In this document: piece after piece, positions 8,594 through 18,571 of the stretch
Layout of the letters: every line of letters begins with the position of its first letter
Position numbering within the stretch: position 1 is the first letter of the stretch
Virus record (IMG/VR): IMGVR_UViG_3300037424_001076
Location: 17,928-81,927 of that record
Strand: one strand, 5' to 3'
DNA: 64,000 nt
From: a virus
Lineage: Duplodnaviria > Caudoviricetes
Program-made: the position numbers and the translations under genes
The notes under the pieces: model-generated
The model's input: the letters and a program-made list of their open reading frames with translations, nothing else
Told to the model about the DNA's origin: nothing
Databases searched by the model: none

Positions 8594-9113
8594 TTTGAGA
8601 TATAACGGTCATCTCTTTAGTTTCATAATTTATTTTCACTACTATATTTTGGAGAATCAAAGCACCAAATGAATTCTTAGCTCGATAAACCATTTTCACT
8701 CTAATGAATTCATCGTTTGATTTATCAAATGTTGTTTCTTCATGTTCGAAACTTCCCGGGTCATTTAAACTTTTTTTAACTAATTTTACAAGATCCCTAT
8801 TTGATCCATCCCAAGCACTAAAATTATTTTTTAACCATGCTTCTTTCATAGAATCTTTTGTAACTACTGGGTCTATCTTCACTGGAACAGGGGTAGGGAC
8901 TGTAGGTGATTTTTCAACCGTTTTTACTTCTGGCTTTTCTACTTTTACATTTTCAACAGTACTTTTAGATCCATATAATATTAGAACGAATGAACAAACC
9001 AACATCACTACTATAGCCTGTTTCCTGTTCTTGATCTTTAATTCTACCAATTTTCCTCTCACCAATGCCACCAAACTAATTATAAATCCGACTGATGCTA
9101 AAGTATTTAACAT
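8586..9113 (-). CDS. Membrane-anchored hypothetical protein
   Basis: Two N-terminal hydrophobic segments, Pro/Val linker, soluble C-domain (FSAWDGS..LNDPGSFEH..YRAKNSFGA). Confidence 0.7.
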   Translation of the reverse strand: MLNTLASVGFIISLVALVRGKLVELKIKNRKQAIVVMLVCSFVLILYGSKSTVENVKVEKPEVKTVEKSPTVPTPVPVKIDPVVTKDSMKEAWLKNNFSAWDGSNRDLVKLVKKSLNDPGSFEHEETTFDKSNDEFIRVKMVYRAKNSFGALILQNIVVKINYETKEMTVISQNV

Positions 9114-9114
9114 T

Positions 9115-9492
9115 TTATTTTTCCTCCTTATTATTCATGATTACTTCCGCCGGGTTCACATAACATAAACTAAGTCTTGGTCTTAATTCTCTGCAATCCT
9201 TCACCTTTACCGATTCAAAATGCACATCTCTCTCAATTCCTTGAATACCCATCCACCGGACACTATTTAACTCACTCAATAAAAAGTATCCCCATTCTTT
9301 ATCTAATCCATCTACAAGTCCGAAGAATAAATAATCTCCATTGTCTTGCCTTTCTCCTTCTACTGCATACCATGTCCAATTACTCCCTAATGCAAAGAAC
9401 TTGCAAATTATTTTCTTTTCATTAGTTTTAACACCCTCAGTGCTATACAATTTTGGCATTTTATTTTCGATTTCTTTTGTTAATAATTTCAT
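9115..9492 (-). CDS. DUF2958-like protein
   Basis: KFF...WTWY..E....FFGLVDG...EWGYF.LSEL pattern. Confidence 0.75.
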   Translation of the reverse strand: MKLLTKEIENKMPKLYSTEGVKTNEKKIICKFFALGSNWTWYAVEGERQDNGDYLFFGLVDGLDKEWGYFLLSELNSVRWMGIQGIERDVHFESVKVKDCRELRPRLSLCYVNPAEVIMNNKEEK

Positions 9493-9709
9493 CTTAATCT
9501 TCCTCCTTATTACGCTTCACATATTCCTAAAAAAATAATATCTTCCGTTTTAAAATGATTAATTAATTTACTGACCAATATATCCAATGGCTCGACATTA
9601 GCTAATATGCATTTAACTTCACCATCAATTTGAAACATAAATTCTTTTTTCATTGTTTTTTCCTCCTTCATACTTCCCTCAACCTCATGGCTTTATTGTA
9701 CAGGTTTTT

Positions 9710-9724
9710 GTTGACTTTGTCCAC
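9710..9724 (-). promoter_or_regulatory. Palindromic operator overlapping a sigma-A promoter; first of 11 copies (9710, 10721, 11312, 11610, 12832, 14372, 14951, 15320, 15922, 17131, 21117)
   Basis: GTTGAC-TTT-GTCCAC; on the minus strand TGGACA-17 nt-TACAAT. Confidence 0.75.
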
Positions 9725-9764
9725 ACAAATACATAACTTTTATCTCTATTTTACCTAACACTTT

Positions 9765-10115
9765 TTACCATTCATATTCTTTTTGCTCTTGATATCTATA
9801 AACCATAACTGCCATATATTCTAAATAATTTAATAAGACATCATAATCATTCTGGTTTACACTCTTAAAATCTCCCCCCGCATCTGACCTAGTAAAGAAG
9901 ACATCTCCATATATAATTCCAGAATCAGTCCTGAAATTAGGTTTAAGCCCTTCTCTTATTCCATCCTCATTGCATACCATATACATACCATCACCAACAG
10001 GAACGGCTTCTATATATCCCCCAACTATGCCCTGCATAGCCTCTATATCATCCTTGATTTCCTCTATATAAGGATCTTTTCCGATCTTCTTTACTATTAC
10101 TTTAATCATTTTCAT
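9765..10115 (-). CDS. DUF3846-like phage protein
   Basis: MQGIVGGYIEAV....MVCNEDG....PN...IYGDVFF pattern. Confidence 0.7.
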   Translation of the reverse strand: MKMIKVIVKKIGKDPYIEEIKDDIEAMQGIVGGYIEAVPVGDGMYMVCNEDGIREGLKPNFRTDSGIIYGDVFFTRSDAGGDFKSVNQNDYDVLLNYLEYMAVMVYRYQEQKEYEW

Positions 10116-10129
10116 CCATTCATTCCTCC

Positions 10130-10330
10130 TTAATAAACTTTCATGATACGGTATTTTTTATTGAATTTTAAAAAATCATGGCATTCGCTTTTTTGGTCAA
10201 TGCTCAATGTCTGGTTATCCGCATTGAATCCCAATACTGGTTTAAGCCATATTAAATCACTATGATGGTTCTGGTCAGTTACCTCAAACTCAATTCTTAA
10301 TGTCCTTCTATTTACTGCTAATTCCATCAT
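10130..10330 (-). CDS. Hypothetical protein
   Basis: Co-oriented ORF with AGGAGG RBS. Confidence 0.55.
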   Translation of the reverse strand: MMELAVNRRTLRIEFEVTDQNHHSDLIWLKPVLGFNADNQTLSIDQKSECHDFLKFNKKYRIMKVY

Positions 10331-10740
10331 CCTATTTTTCCTCCCTTAATCTTTTGATCACTTTATCTAATACATCGATCTTGTCTCTTGTTTCAGTATA
10401 ATTGCTTTCAAGGCTATACTCTTCACACTTATCTTCCAGCTCTTTGATCATTTCCCTAACGATCTCAATCGCATTTTTCATTTAATCTTCAACCTCCACT
10501 TTGCTTAACTCATCGATCCATTCAACCAATACTGCAACATCATCTTGCTCATCACTTGATAATACACCATTCTTTTGTTCTATGATAACCAATTCCTGCA
10601 ATCTTTCAGTTATGCTTTCCAAGGTTTCTATCAATTCAATTCTACTCATTTTTATTACCTCACTTCATTTTTATTTCTGGGCCACGATCTCTCTCGATCA
10701 TGGCCTAATTATACCATTTTGCAGACATTGTCTACAACGA

Positions 10741-11292
10741 CTACTTTTTTCCATTTTTATATTTTAGCATATATTCATCTCTTTGTTTTTGATTTACGAT
10801 AGGCCATCTTTTTACATTTGGATTACTGAAATCATCATCCATATTATCTTGATGTGTTCCTAATAATAGATGTTCAGGATTAACACATAATTTATTATGG
10901 CATTTGTGTCTAACTAACAAACCTTCTGGGATTTCTCCTTTGAACAAAACATAAGACATTCTATGAGCATAATTATTTTTATTTTTATATGTCGTGAACT
11001 GTCCATAACCATTCTTTGTACTACCAATCCAAATCCAACATTCATTTAATTTGCACACCATTTCCATAAACCTTTCTTTTACATCTTGTTTTTTTCTAAT
11101 TGCTCCTTTTATTGAATATACTCGTTCTCTAGTCCTATAAATTGAATTATTTAAAATATAATGTATCGTTCTTTCCCCAATATGATACATTGTACCCAAT
11201 TCTTTATGGGTGATATTTCCTTTCTTATATAATTTTCTTATTTCTTCTGCTTGGTCAAATGTCAATTTACGTTTTGCCATATTCATTACCAT
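10741..11292 (-). CDS. HNH endonuclease with N-terminal HTH (homing-type)
   Basis: CWIWIG..KNGYG..AHRMSY..GEIPEGLLVRHKCHNKLCVNPEHL...QDN. Confidence 0.9.
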   Translation of the reverse strand: MVMNMAKRKLTFDQAEEIRKLYKKGNITHKELGTMYHIGERTIHYILNNSIYRTRERVYSIKGAIRKKQDVKERFMEMVCKLNECWIWIGSTKNGYGQFTTYKNKNNYAHRMSYVLFKGEIPEGLLVRHKCHNKLCVNPEHLLLGTHQDNMDDDFSNPNVKRWPIVNQKQRDEYMLKYKNGKK

Positions 11293-11338
11293 CCTTTTTA
11301 ATATTTATTTTGTTGACTTTGTCTACATAAATTTATAG

Positions 11339-11551
11339 TTAAGCAGTTTTTTTGATTTCAATCTTCAGCTTCTTAATCATATCCTTGATATCGTCATGGT
11401 CTCTCTCATATGAATCGATTATAGTTTCTAGCGAATCATTATCTTGATCCTTTAATGATAATTCATACAGATCAACAATTTTTACCTCAAGCTTATTTAA
11501 TTCGAAATTTAGTTCCATAAGTTTTCTATTTAACATTTCAATTCTATTCAT
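11339..11551 (-). CDS. Hypothetical coiled-coil protein
   Basis: Co-oriented ORF with GGAGG RBS. Confidence 0.55.
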   Translation of the reverse strand: MNRIEMLNRKLMELNFELNKLEVKIVDLYELSLKDQDNDSLETIIDSYERDHDDIKDMIKKLKIEIKKTA

Positions 11552-11640
11552 TATAATTTACCTCCCAAATTTTATTTTCTCATCCATGTCCTAATAGTAT
11601 CATTCCACTGTATACTTTGTCTACTATAAGATATTTCCAA

Positions 11641-11847
11641 TTAATTAACACATTTATTATCTAATGACCAATTCAATTCCGCACCTTTTGATTCCTTAAC
11701 CATAACATCGTTCTTATTCATTCCTTGGTATCTTGCCCATCCAGATCCTTTATTCTGAGCATCTTTTAGATCTTTTGCCTCGAATACAAATCTTCCATCG
11801 TCATAAATATCATCGAACATCCGAACAAATAATGTGTATTTAATCAT
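11641..11847 (-). CDS. Hypothetical protein
   Basis: Co-oriented ORF with RBS. Confidence 0.55.
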   Translation of the reverse strand: MIKYTLFVRMFDDIYDDGRFVFEAKDLKDAQNKGSGWARYQGMNKNDVMVKESKGAELNWSLDNKCVN

Positions 11848-12154
11848 CTTAATTTCCCTCCCTTACTTCATCACATGAAATTATTTTATATGAATCTCCG
11901 GCACACGGCCTTGCACAAATGAATCCAACTTCAAACTTTATTTTTGTTGTGCTTGTAAATCTTATCCCTTTTAATGTTCCATTTGTGAATTCTCTTGTTA
12001 CTATATATTTCATCTTCATATCCATCCTTTTTTATTTTTAGTAGAATCAGAAGCGATCCCATGCCCAGCGCATTGTGGAACGTCCATCGCTTCCTCATCT
12101 CTATAGCATTATTATACTTTAATTTGTTTACATTGTCCACACTTATCTATGCGA

Positions 12155-12433
12155 TTACACTTCCAATTCTTTCATTTTTTCCTTCAATTTATCCAATTCG
12201 AATCGTTTACCCCTTATCTCATCTTCCAATTCTCCTATCGTTTTCGATCTAGCATACATATCCTTTATTAGAATCATTCCGTGTTTTACATATAATTCAG
12301 CTATATCCCTTTTATCATTGATGCTAGGATAATAATTATATACAGTTTGGATTATCTCGAATTCCTTCTCTGTAAATATCTTATAATCTGGATTTATTTC
12401 TGAGACTAGATCTGTAAATTCAATATTAGTCAC
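12155..12433 (-). CDS. Hypothetical protein
   Basis: Co-oriented ORF with RBS. Confidence 0.55.
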   Translation of the reverse strand: MTNIEFTDLVSEINPDYKIFTEKEFEIIQTVYNYYPSINDKRDIAELYVKHGMILIKDMYARSKTIGELEDEIRGKRFELDKLKEKMKELEV

Positions 12434-12866
12434 TTTGTATTCCCCCCTATATTTCTTACTATTTCAAATTTTTCTATCGTTTTACATGTTAACTGGCGGG
12501 TCGCTCTTTCCTCTTCTGTTTCTATCTCACCTTTATATTCAGAATTACCATCATATTTATATGTTACAACCGATCCATTTTTATAATACGCAATTGCTTT
12601 AGTCATTATAAAATCCTCCTTTTTATTCGCTTATACCATCTATTCGAATGAAATTATCTTTATCTTGAAGTTTAATGATGAATTTATCCATATCTAATCT
12701 TGTCTTGAATTCTTTTACCTTGCCGACCATTTGATCTTTTTTATTAATCTCAATCCATTTTACAGTTACCATTTTATTTTCCTTCTTTCTTTTTTTATTA
12801 TCTCTTCCACTCCCTTTATTATATCATTTTAGTATACTTTGTCCACACGTAAACACACTCCAATTA

Positions 12867-13277
12867 TTAGAAATAGAAGCATCCAATTTCCCTTTCCCAT
12901 GGGCCTTTATGTTTAAACTTATATGATAATTCTCTAAGTTCTTCTATTGTATATTCAAAATGTTTTACTAAGCCCCTTGCAGCGTAATATTTTTCCTTGT
13001 CATAGAATCTCTGGTAAACTCCTTCAAAAAGAATATTTTCCCCAATTTCAACCCATCCATGTCCTATTTTGAGTCCTCCCATGATTGTACATGTTCCATG
13101 AACTAAGACAAGGTTTTCTGGATACGATGAATAAACTATATAATCCCAACTTTTTGCATAACACTCCTTTGGATAAACTCTATTAATAACATTAATTTTA
13201 TATATAGAATCGACATCTATTTCCATATCCCTATACTCTTCTCTATCTCTTTTTACTTTTTGGTACATCGTTAACAT
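12867..13277 (-). CDS. Hypothetical protein, possible transglutaminase-like fold
   Basis: CY..., LVHG..., GHGWVE motif order. Confidence 0.5.
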   Translation of the reverse strand: MLTMYQKVKRDREEYRDMEIDVDSIYKINVINRVYPKECYAKSWDYIVYSSYPENLVLVHGTCTIMGGLKIGHGWVEIGENILFEGVYQRFYDKEKYYAARGLVKHFEYTIEELRELSYKFKHKGPWEREIGCFYF

Positions 13278-13316
13278 TAAATAATCCCCCCTATATACGA
13301 TAAGGGAAAAGGCCGC

Positions 13317-14321
13317 TTACGCGACCAATTCCAAATATGCAAATCTTTCAAGGGCAACTCTTTTATCATCATTCTCCAATAATTGCGCTGCTCTTGTAAA
13401 ACTATTAACTAGATCATAAACTGTTGCCGTATTTTTTTCAATTCTTTCAATTTCGAAACATTCCTGAATCTTGACATTAAAATCCTTCGGCAATGTTAAT
13501 CCCTTAACTCTTTTTAAAAGATCATTTATTGATTTCATCGGATCTGTAATCTTCATGTTCTTAGTATCTACGAACTTCGCCATTTGCTGCTCTCCTTGAG
13601 CTATTGCCCTCTCAAATGCCTGAGCTACCTTTAAGGGCATATCTTCTTTTTGTACTCCCATATGCCTTTGCATGAACCTATCTCCCCTTGCCTCTACAAC
13701 TTGCAAACCATTCTCGCATATTAAACGATGAATGTAAGGGGTTATCGATATCGATCTTTTACCAACTTCACTGTTCATAATATGAAGACCAAACGTCAAT
13801 TCATCCACTTTGCCATCCATTGTCGTTCCAGCATTATAAGATATTTCAGGTAACGTTAATCTTAAATGGAATCCGTCAAATGTATCATCTGCACTAAATC
13901 TTTTGATCTCATATTTCTGATCTCCGACCACATCCCTGACCATTTTCAAAACATCTGTATTATCAAAGATTGAATACTTATCTGTGAGAACCGACCTAAT
14001 ATATTTTTCACCATCTTCTTCAATCGTTCTCAACATCCAATTTTTTTCTTCATATTTGCTATTCTTGAGCCAATAATTAATATTCTCCCCTTGGAGTTCC
14101 GCCGGGCATCTATCCATATAAGTTGTAGGGATAGCTAACTTATGGCATAACTGGCTTTTTCCCCAATCAGTAAAATTATAAAATTCATTTCCAGTTATCA
14201 ACTGACCATTCACACTATACCCTAATAATTTCGGGCTAACAAAAACATCCTTAGCCTTAGCATCTTTCTCCATAGATCTTTCGATTAATTCATTGATATT
14301 AGTCATTTTATTTTCCTCCAA
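13317..14321 (-). CDS. DUF932-family protein
   Basis: RSVLTDKYSIFDN..GLHIMNSEVG...RLICENG..H pattern. Confidence 0.8.
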   Translation of the reverse strand: MEENKMTNINELIERSMEKDAKAKDVFVSPKLLGYSVNGQLITGNEFYNFTDWGKSQLCHKLAIPTTYMDRCPAELQGENINYWLKNSKYEEKNWMLRTIEEDGEKYIRSVLTDKYSIFDNTDVLKMVRDVVGDQKYEIKRFSADDTFDGFHLRLTLPEISYNAGTTMDGKVDELTFGLHIMNSEVGKRSISITPYIHRLICENGLQVVEARGDRFMQRHMGVQKEDMPLKVAQAFERAIAQGEQQMAKFVDTKNMKITDPMKSINDLLKRVKGLTLPKDFNVKIQECFEIERIEKNTATVYDLVNSFTRAAQLLENDDKRVALERFAYLELVA

Positions 14322-14513
14322 TATTTTTTATTTTTTTGAACAACCTTATAGCAGCATTGTATCATTTAACTGTAGACTTTGTCAACATTAAAATAAATTT
14401 ATATTTAATATTTTTTCAAAGCAAATTTTTTTCCCCTGAGTCCAGCAAACTTAATATCAATAAATATGATCTCGAAGATTTCTGATTTTTTCTTCTTCAT
14501 TGTTCTACCTCCA

Positions 14514-14891
14514 TTAAATAACTTTTTTCCACATCAGATATTCAACGATGCAAGTAATAGTCCTGAATGACACATCATACTCTTTAGCCAAATGTGATTT
14601 CCTAGATCCTTTTTTATACTTTTCACGGATCTCTAAGACTTGTTCTATCGCAAGTTTTGGTCTGAATTTATCTGTTCTTTCATCATTTTTAACCTTTGTA
14701 CTATTCCTAATTTTCTTTGGTTTTTGTATCACTATTTCCCCACCCAATTCATACCAACGCTTGATTGTCGATTCAGTTACTTGCTTTTCAGATCCATTTT
14801 CCATATCAACCACGAAGATCTCATTATTGACCATATATTTAACCACATATGATTTTCCATTTCTTTTATGAGTCGCATTGAAACTTTTCAT
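14514..14891 (-). CDS. Hypothetical protein with C-terminal HTH
   Basis: QVLEIREKY..G.RKSHLAKEYDVSFRTITCIV. Confidence 0.65.
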   Translation of the reverse strand: MKSFNATHKRNGKSYVVKYMVNNEIFVVDMENGSEKQVTESTIKRWYELGGEIVIQKPKKIRNSTKVKNDERTDKFRPKLAIEQVLEIREKYKKGSRKSHLAKEYDVSFRTITCIVEYLMWKKVI

Positions 14892-15007
14892 TTATCATCA
14901 ATCTCCTTTTATATTTAATTTCCTTAACCCTTAATATGATAGTAACACTTGCAGACATTGTCCACAACGTCTAATTATTACCATTTTCTCAGGGGATGGG
15001 GAGATTT

Positions 15008-15274
15008 TTAAATCTCCCTCAACCATTCGATTCCATCAAAATTAATCATTCCACCAGCATCCAATATTTCTTGACATGCCTTTCTTCCACCGACCGGAAC
15101 ATAAGGCACATATGTTTCATCACATTCAAATTTTAGATATCCAAGTTCAGGAATATAAAATGCGAATCCTTTAGAAATCTCAGTGTAGCTAATGCTATTT
15201 ATCTTAAATTTTCTACCCTTAACATTGACTATTTTAAGTTTTGAATTAATTTCTGATATTGTCATTTCAATCAC
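15008..15274 (-). CDS. Hypothetical protein
   Basis: Co-oriented ORF downstream of an operator/promoter copy. Confidence 0.55.
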   Translation of the reverse strand: MIEMTISEINSKLKIVNVKGRKFKINSISYTEISKGFAFYIPELGYLKFECDETYVPYVPVGGRKACQEILDAGGMINFDGIEWLREI

Positions 15275-15350
15275 TCCTTAAGTTTCTCTCTCAACCACAC
15301 CTTAATAGTACCTTTTTTTGTTGACTTTGTCCACATGAAAATAATAACTA

Positions 15351-15632
15351 TTAATATAGTTCACTGAAAACGACTGGGAAAAATCCTGTTTTCCATTTGA
15401 TATTATCAACTACGAAATCATAGAATCTTCCACTAAGGAATGTACCTTCATTACCATTGTCAGCCATCTCTTGAACGAATCTAAGAACATCATCCAACAC
15501 AGCATTTGCTCTCTCATTACTATCCACCTTATCAAGATCCACAAACAGCTTATATCCGTCATGAGTCTTATATAAGACAAGGTCTTTAGTGAACTTCATT
15601 ATATTTCCATGTACCATCATTCTATTTTTCAT
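15351..15632 (-). CDS. Hypothetical protein
   Basis: Co-oriented ORF. Confidence 0.55.
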   Translation of the reverse strand: MKNRMMVHGNIMKFTKDLVLYKTHDGYKLFVDLDKVDSNERANAVLDDVLRFVQEMADNGNEGTFLSGRFYDFVVDNIKWKTGFFPVVFSELY

Positions 15633-15633
15633 T

Positions 15634-15864
15634 CTAATTCCCCCACTCTGCTCTCAATATAGGTTGCATCGATCCTTTTCCCATGGGCCAAATGCATTCT
15701 TTATTATCCCAATTTGTTATTCTTCTACTACTGATCGAACTCTGTCCAATTCTTTTTATAGTGATGGATTTATCAGTTCTTTTAACAACCTCATAATTCC
15801 ATACACATTCATAATCGCAAGCCGATCTGCAAGAATACGTTTTGCCTACTTCAAATCTTTGCAT
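15634..15864 (-). CDS. Hypothetical protein
   Basis: Co-oriented ORF with GAGGT RBS. Confidence 0.55.
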   Translation of the reverse strand: MQRFEVGKTYSCRSACDYECVWNYEVVKRTDKSITIKRIGQSSISSRRITNWDNKECIWPMGKGSMQPILRAEWGN

Positions 15865-15980
15865 TTTTATCTACCTCACTTTAATTTCTTCCCCCTCGAC
15901 TTCTTTATTTTATCAAATATTGTAGACTTTGTACACTAGAAAAATTTAGAAATCCCGGTGATTAGCCGGGATCTTAGATT

Positions 15981-16214
15981 CTATTTATATTCTGAACCAC
16001 GTTGGGCAATCCATGTATCAATTTGTTTTTCCGTCCACACTGGTCTATTTCCAATATAGGCTGCAGGATCAGGCATGATTCCTCTTTTCCAGTAAGTATG
16101 AACTTTTCTTCTATCCCATCCTCCTATCCGTTTCCCAACCTCTGTCACTCCAAGTAAAACAGGAATTCCTTCAATCTCTTCCTGTACAATTTTTTCAAAC
16201 ACCAATTCCGCCAT
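15981..16214 (-). CDS. AlpA/excisionase-like winged-HTH protein
   Basis: LLGVTEVGKRIG.WDRRKVHTY..RG.MPDP....GNRPVW....IDTW; followed by hairpin at 15951-15976. Confidence 0.7.
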   Translation of the reverse strand: MAELVFEKIVQEEIEGIPVLLGVTEVGKRIGGWDRRKVHTYWKRGIMPDPAAYIGNRPVWTEKQIDTWIAQRGSEYK

Positions 16215-16521
16215 ATAACTTACCTCCTTTTATATCCCGAATATCTCCAAACATCCTGTCATGTTCTGCCTTATTAACTTCGGCAACATGTTCCAATGCC
16301 TTTAAAATTCTAGTATTTTCAACTACCTGAGTTTTAACTATAATTAAATCATTTTCTATTTTTTCAATTTTTACTTCAATCCTATCAAATCTTTTGTCAA
16401 CTTTATCAAATCTTTGATCCATTTTTTCAAACCTTTGATCCATCTTAATAAATTGCTTATTCATTTGTTCAAACTGTGTTAAAACTAATTCTTGAAATTT
16501 TTTCTCATCCATTTTGTTCAC
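16195..16521 (-). CDS. Coiled-coil protein with DQRFEKM heptad repeats (paralog 1)
   Basis: EKKFQELV..QFE.M...MDQRFEKMDQRFD shared with the adjacent gene. Confidence 0.7.
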   Translation of the reverse strand: MNKMDEKKFQELVLTQFEQMNKQFIKMDQRFEKMDQRFDKVDKRFDRIEVKIEKIENDLIIVKTQVVENTRILKALEHVAEVNKAEHDRMFGDIRDIKGGKLYGGIGV

Positions 16522-16795
16522 GTCCTCCTGAAATACCCATAAGTGATCTTCGGTGTCTTTTTAAATATAAATCTGTAAATTCATCCTCATTGTCTACTAA
16601 TCGCTTTGTCCAACTTGCAACAATATATAAATTTTTATCTAATCCATCAAACCTAGTATCATGTTCGACTTGCTTATTTTTTATTACAATAAGTTCATTA
16701 TCAATTCTATCAAATCGTTGATCCATTTTTTCAAACCTTTGATCCATCTTTTCAAATTGGGCCATGACTAATTCTTGAAATTTTTTCTCTTCCAT
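16505..16795 (-). CDS. Coiled-coil protein with DQRFEKM heptad repeats (paralog 2)
   Basis: As above; tandem duplication. Confidence 0.7.
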   Translation of the reverse strand: MEEKKFQELVMAQFEKMDQRFEKMDQRFDRIDNELIVIKNKQVEHDTRFDGLDKNLYIVASWTKRLVDNEDEFTDLYLKRHRRSLMGISGGREQNG

Positions 16796-16817
16796 TATTA
16801 CATCTCCCTATTCTCAA

Positions 16818-17075
16818 TTATTCACCTTTCACAATTTCTGTGAAGTCGCTCCAATCTGATATCTTAAAAACTCTAATTTCCTTAACATTCTCTTTGAATA
16901 AAATAATTTCCCTAAGTCCATTTATTACCCTATATATTTTAACGATATCATTTTCCCGCGAAAGATGTAAATTATCTTGCACACGATCGAAATTGTTCAC
17001 CTTTAATACTTGTTCGACTTTGCAATATATGATATCCAATTCATCTTGTGGTATATCAAATGCTATTGCATACAA
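16818..17075 (-). CDS. vapD: VapD-like endoribonuclease (Cas2-fold toxin)
   Basis: MYAIAFD... and C-terminal IRVFKISDWSDFTEIVK match the VapD consensus. Confidence 0.85.
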   Translation of the reverse strand: MYAIAFDIPQDELDIIYCKVEQVLKVNNFDRVQDNLHLSRENDIVKIYRVINGLREIILFKENVKEIRVFKISDWSDFTEIVKGE

Positions 17076-17161
17076 AAATCTTACCTCCTTAAAAATATTT
17101 TAATGCCTCTCTTCCATGATAACCTCTATTGTCTACTATGTCAACACAACAGATTATGCCA

Positions 17162-17548
17162 TTATTCATCCCAAACATCTATTCTCTCAAAACCTAAAAT
17201 TTTATCATCTTCAAATCCAACATCTTCCAATAATTTATATTCACCGATTATGTCATCCCCAAATTGCCCTCGAATTTTTTGTAGGCAGAACGTCCTTGCC
17301 ATCCGACTTCTCCCATCACCAATCTCAGAAAGCTTAACTCCTCTTTCCGCCAACTTTACATAAAATCTTTTCCTGTCCTTCGAAAATCCCACATTTATTC
17401 TGAACTCTTCTTGATCATCATCTGCATATTTTAATAATCTCATGACCACATATCCCGGGAGATATCCAATTCTTTTCCGTAGATTAACGACATCCAAGTG
17501 CTTAGCCCATGTTATTAAATCTTTTGTATACGTTTCTATTGGAATCAT
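17162..17548 (-). CDS. Hypothetical protein
   Basis: Co-oriented ORF, ATGA overlap. Confidence 0.6.
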   Translation of the reverse strand: MIPIETYTKDLITWAKHLDVVNLRKRIGYLPGYVVMRLLKYADDDQEEFRINVGFSKDRKRFYVKLAERGVKLSEIGDGRSRMARTFCLQKIRGQFGDDIIGEYKLLEDVGFEDDKILGFERIDVWDE

Positions 17549-17970
17549 CCCTTTCGATCTTCCTTTATAATTTCCATGATCGAGAATAAAGTACCAATGG
17601 TTTTAGATTCTTTTCTATATGAATCTCTATATTTCTTACTAATCTCCGGCTCATCACAATGGAACGTCCTGCATATACTCGGCCTAGTATTATATATCAT
17701 ACAACGATAATTTTTTGAGAACGGACACAACCAATAGATTACACCTTTTTTTAAATAGTCTTTAATTAGTTCTTGTCCTCGGTCAAGAAGCATCCTGCCA
17801 CGCTTATCCTTTTTTAAAAACCTCTTGAGCTTTGCATACTCCTCATCTGTCAACATAGAACCCATAGAACAACACTCATTGCAACTTATACAATCTGGGT
17901 TATTCATTGATATTATTTGATCTTCTCTCATCTCTTCGATCATTGTCTTTACATCTGCTTGCTTTGGCAT
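17545..17970 (-). CDS. YkgJ-family cysteine cluster protein
   Basis: CxxCxxCC ... CPF....C.IY..RP.ICR.F.C. Confidence 0.88.
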   Translation of the reverse strand: MPKQADVKTMIEEMREDQIISMNNPDCISCNECCSMGSMLTDEEYAKLKRFLKKDKRGRMLLDRGQELIKDYLKKGVIYWLCPFSKNYRCMIYNTRPSICRTFHCDEPEISKKYRDSYRKESKTIGTLFSIMEIIKEDRKG

Positions 17971-17983
17971 TCATTTATCACCT

Positions 17984-18556
17984 TCAATCATTTTTCTCAC
18001 CAGTATCTAATTCATAAATCTCATTTTCATAATCATCGATCACATGATATTTTGATTTTATATTTTCAACTATTTTCTTTGTATATGCAATACCATCCGT
18101 CTTTCCATATAAGATAGTTGACTCTATTGCTTCTTTTATTACTTCCATTCCTAATTCAATACCAAAAAATTCAAACCATTCAGCTATTAACTTTCTCATA
18201 TATGATTTTACTGGCAAAATAAACTCTGCTTGATGAAACATTCTAATAATTTCATTTATTGATATATCCAGTTCTGATAATTCTATTTCATCCTGTTTTA
18301 TTCCAGTTATTTTATCATATAATATTTTTACGATTTTTCTTTCACCAACTTTTGTAAATTCCAAATAGCCAAGTTCATGCATTTTTATAATTGATCCATA
18401 TGCTTTATTTTCTGTTATTTTCAATACATCACAAATGCTTTCAATTACTGGCTTGGTTAAGTTAGTGAATGCTGCCATGTAAATGCACATAGACTTCTGT
18501 ACACAATCTAATTTTCTATTTAGGATTATACCTTTTACAATCTCTTCAATGTTCAT
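17984..18556 (-). CDS. Replication-associated protein (wHTH plus DnaD-like domain)
   Basis: Follows initiator; VIKEAIE..YGK...IAYTKKIVEN resembles a DnaD domain. Confidence 0.5.
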   Translation of the reverse strand: MNIEEIVKGIILNRKLDCVQKSMCIYMAAFTNLTKPVIESICDVLKITENKAYGSIIKMHELGYLEFTKVGERKIVKILYDKITGIKQDEIELSELDISINEIIRMFHQAEFILPVKSYMRKLIAEWFEFFGIELGMEVIKEAIESTILYGKTDGIAYTKKIVENIKSKYHVIDDYENEIYELDTGEKND

Positions 18557-18571
18557 CTTTTTACCCCCATC

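Noticed and set aside
16818-17075. Cas2 / CRISPR adaptation gene
   Set aside because: Matches the VapD consensus; no cas1 or CRISPR array
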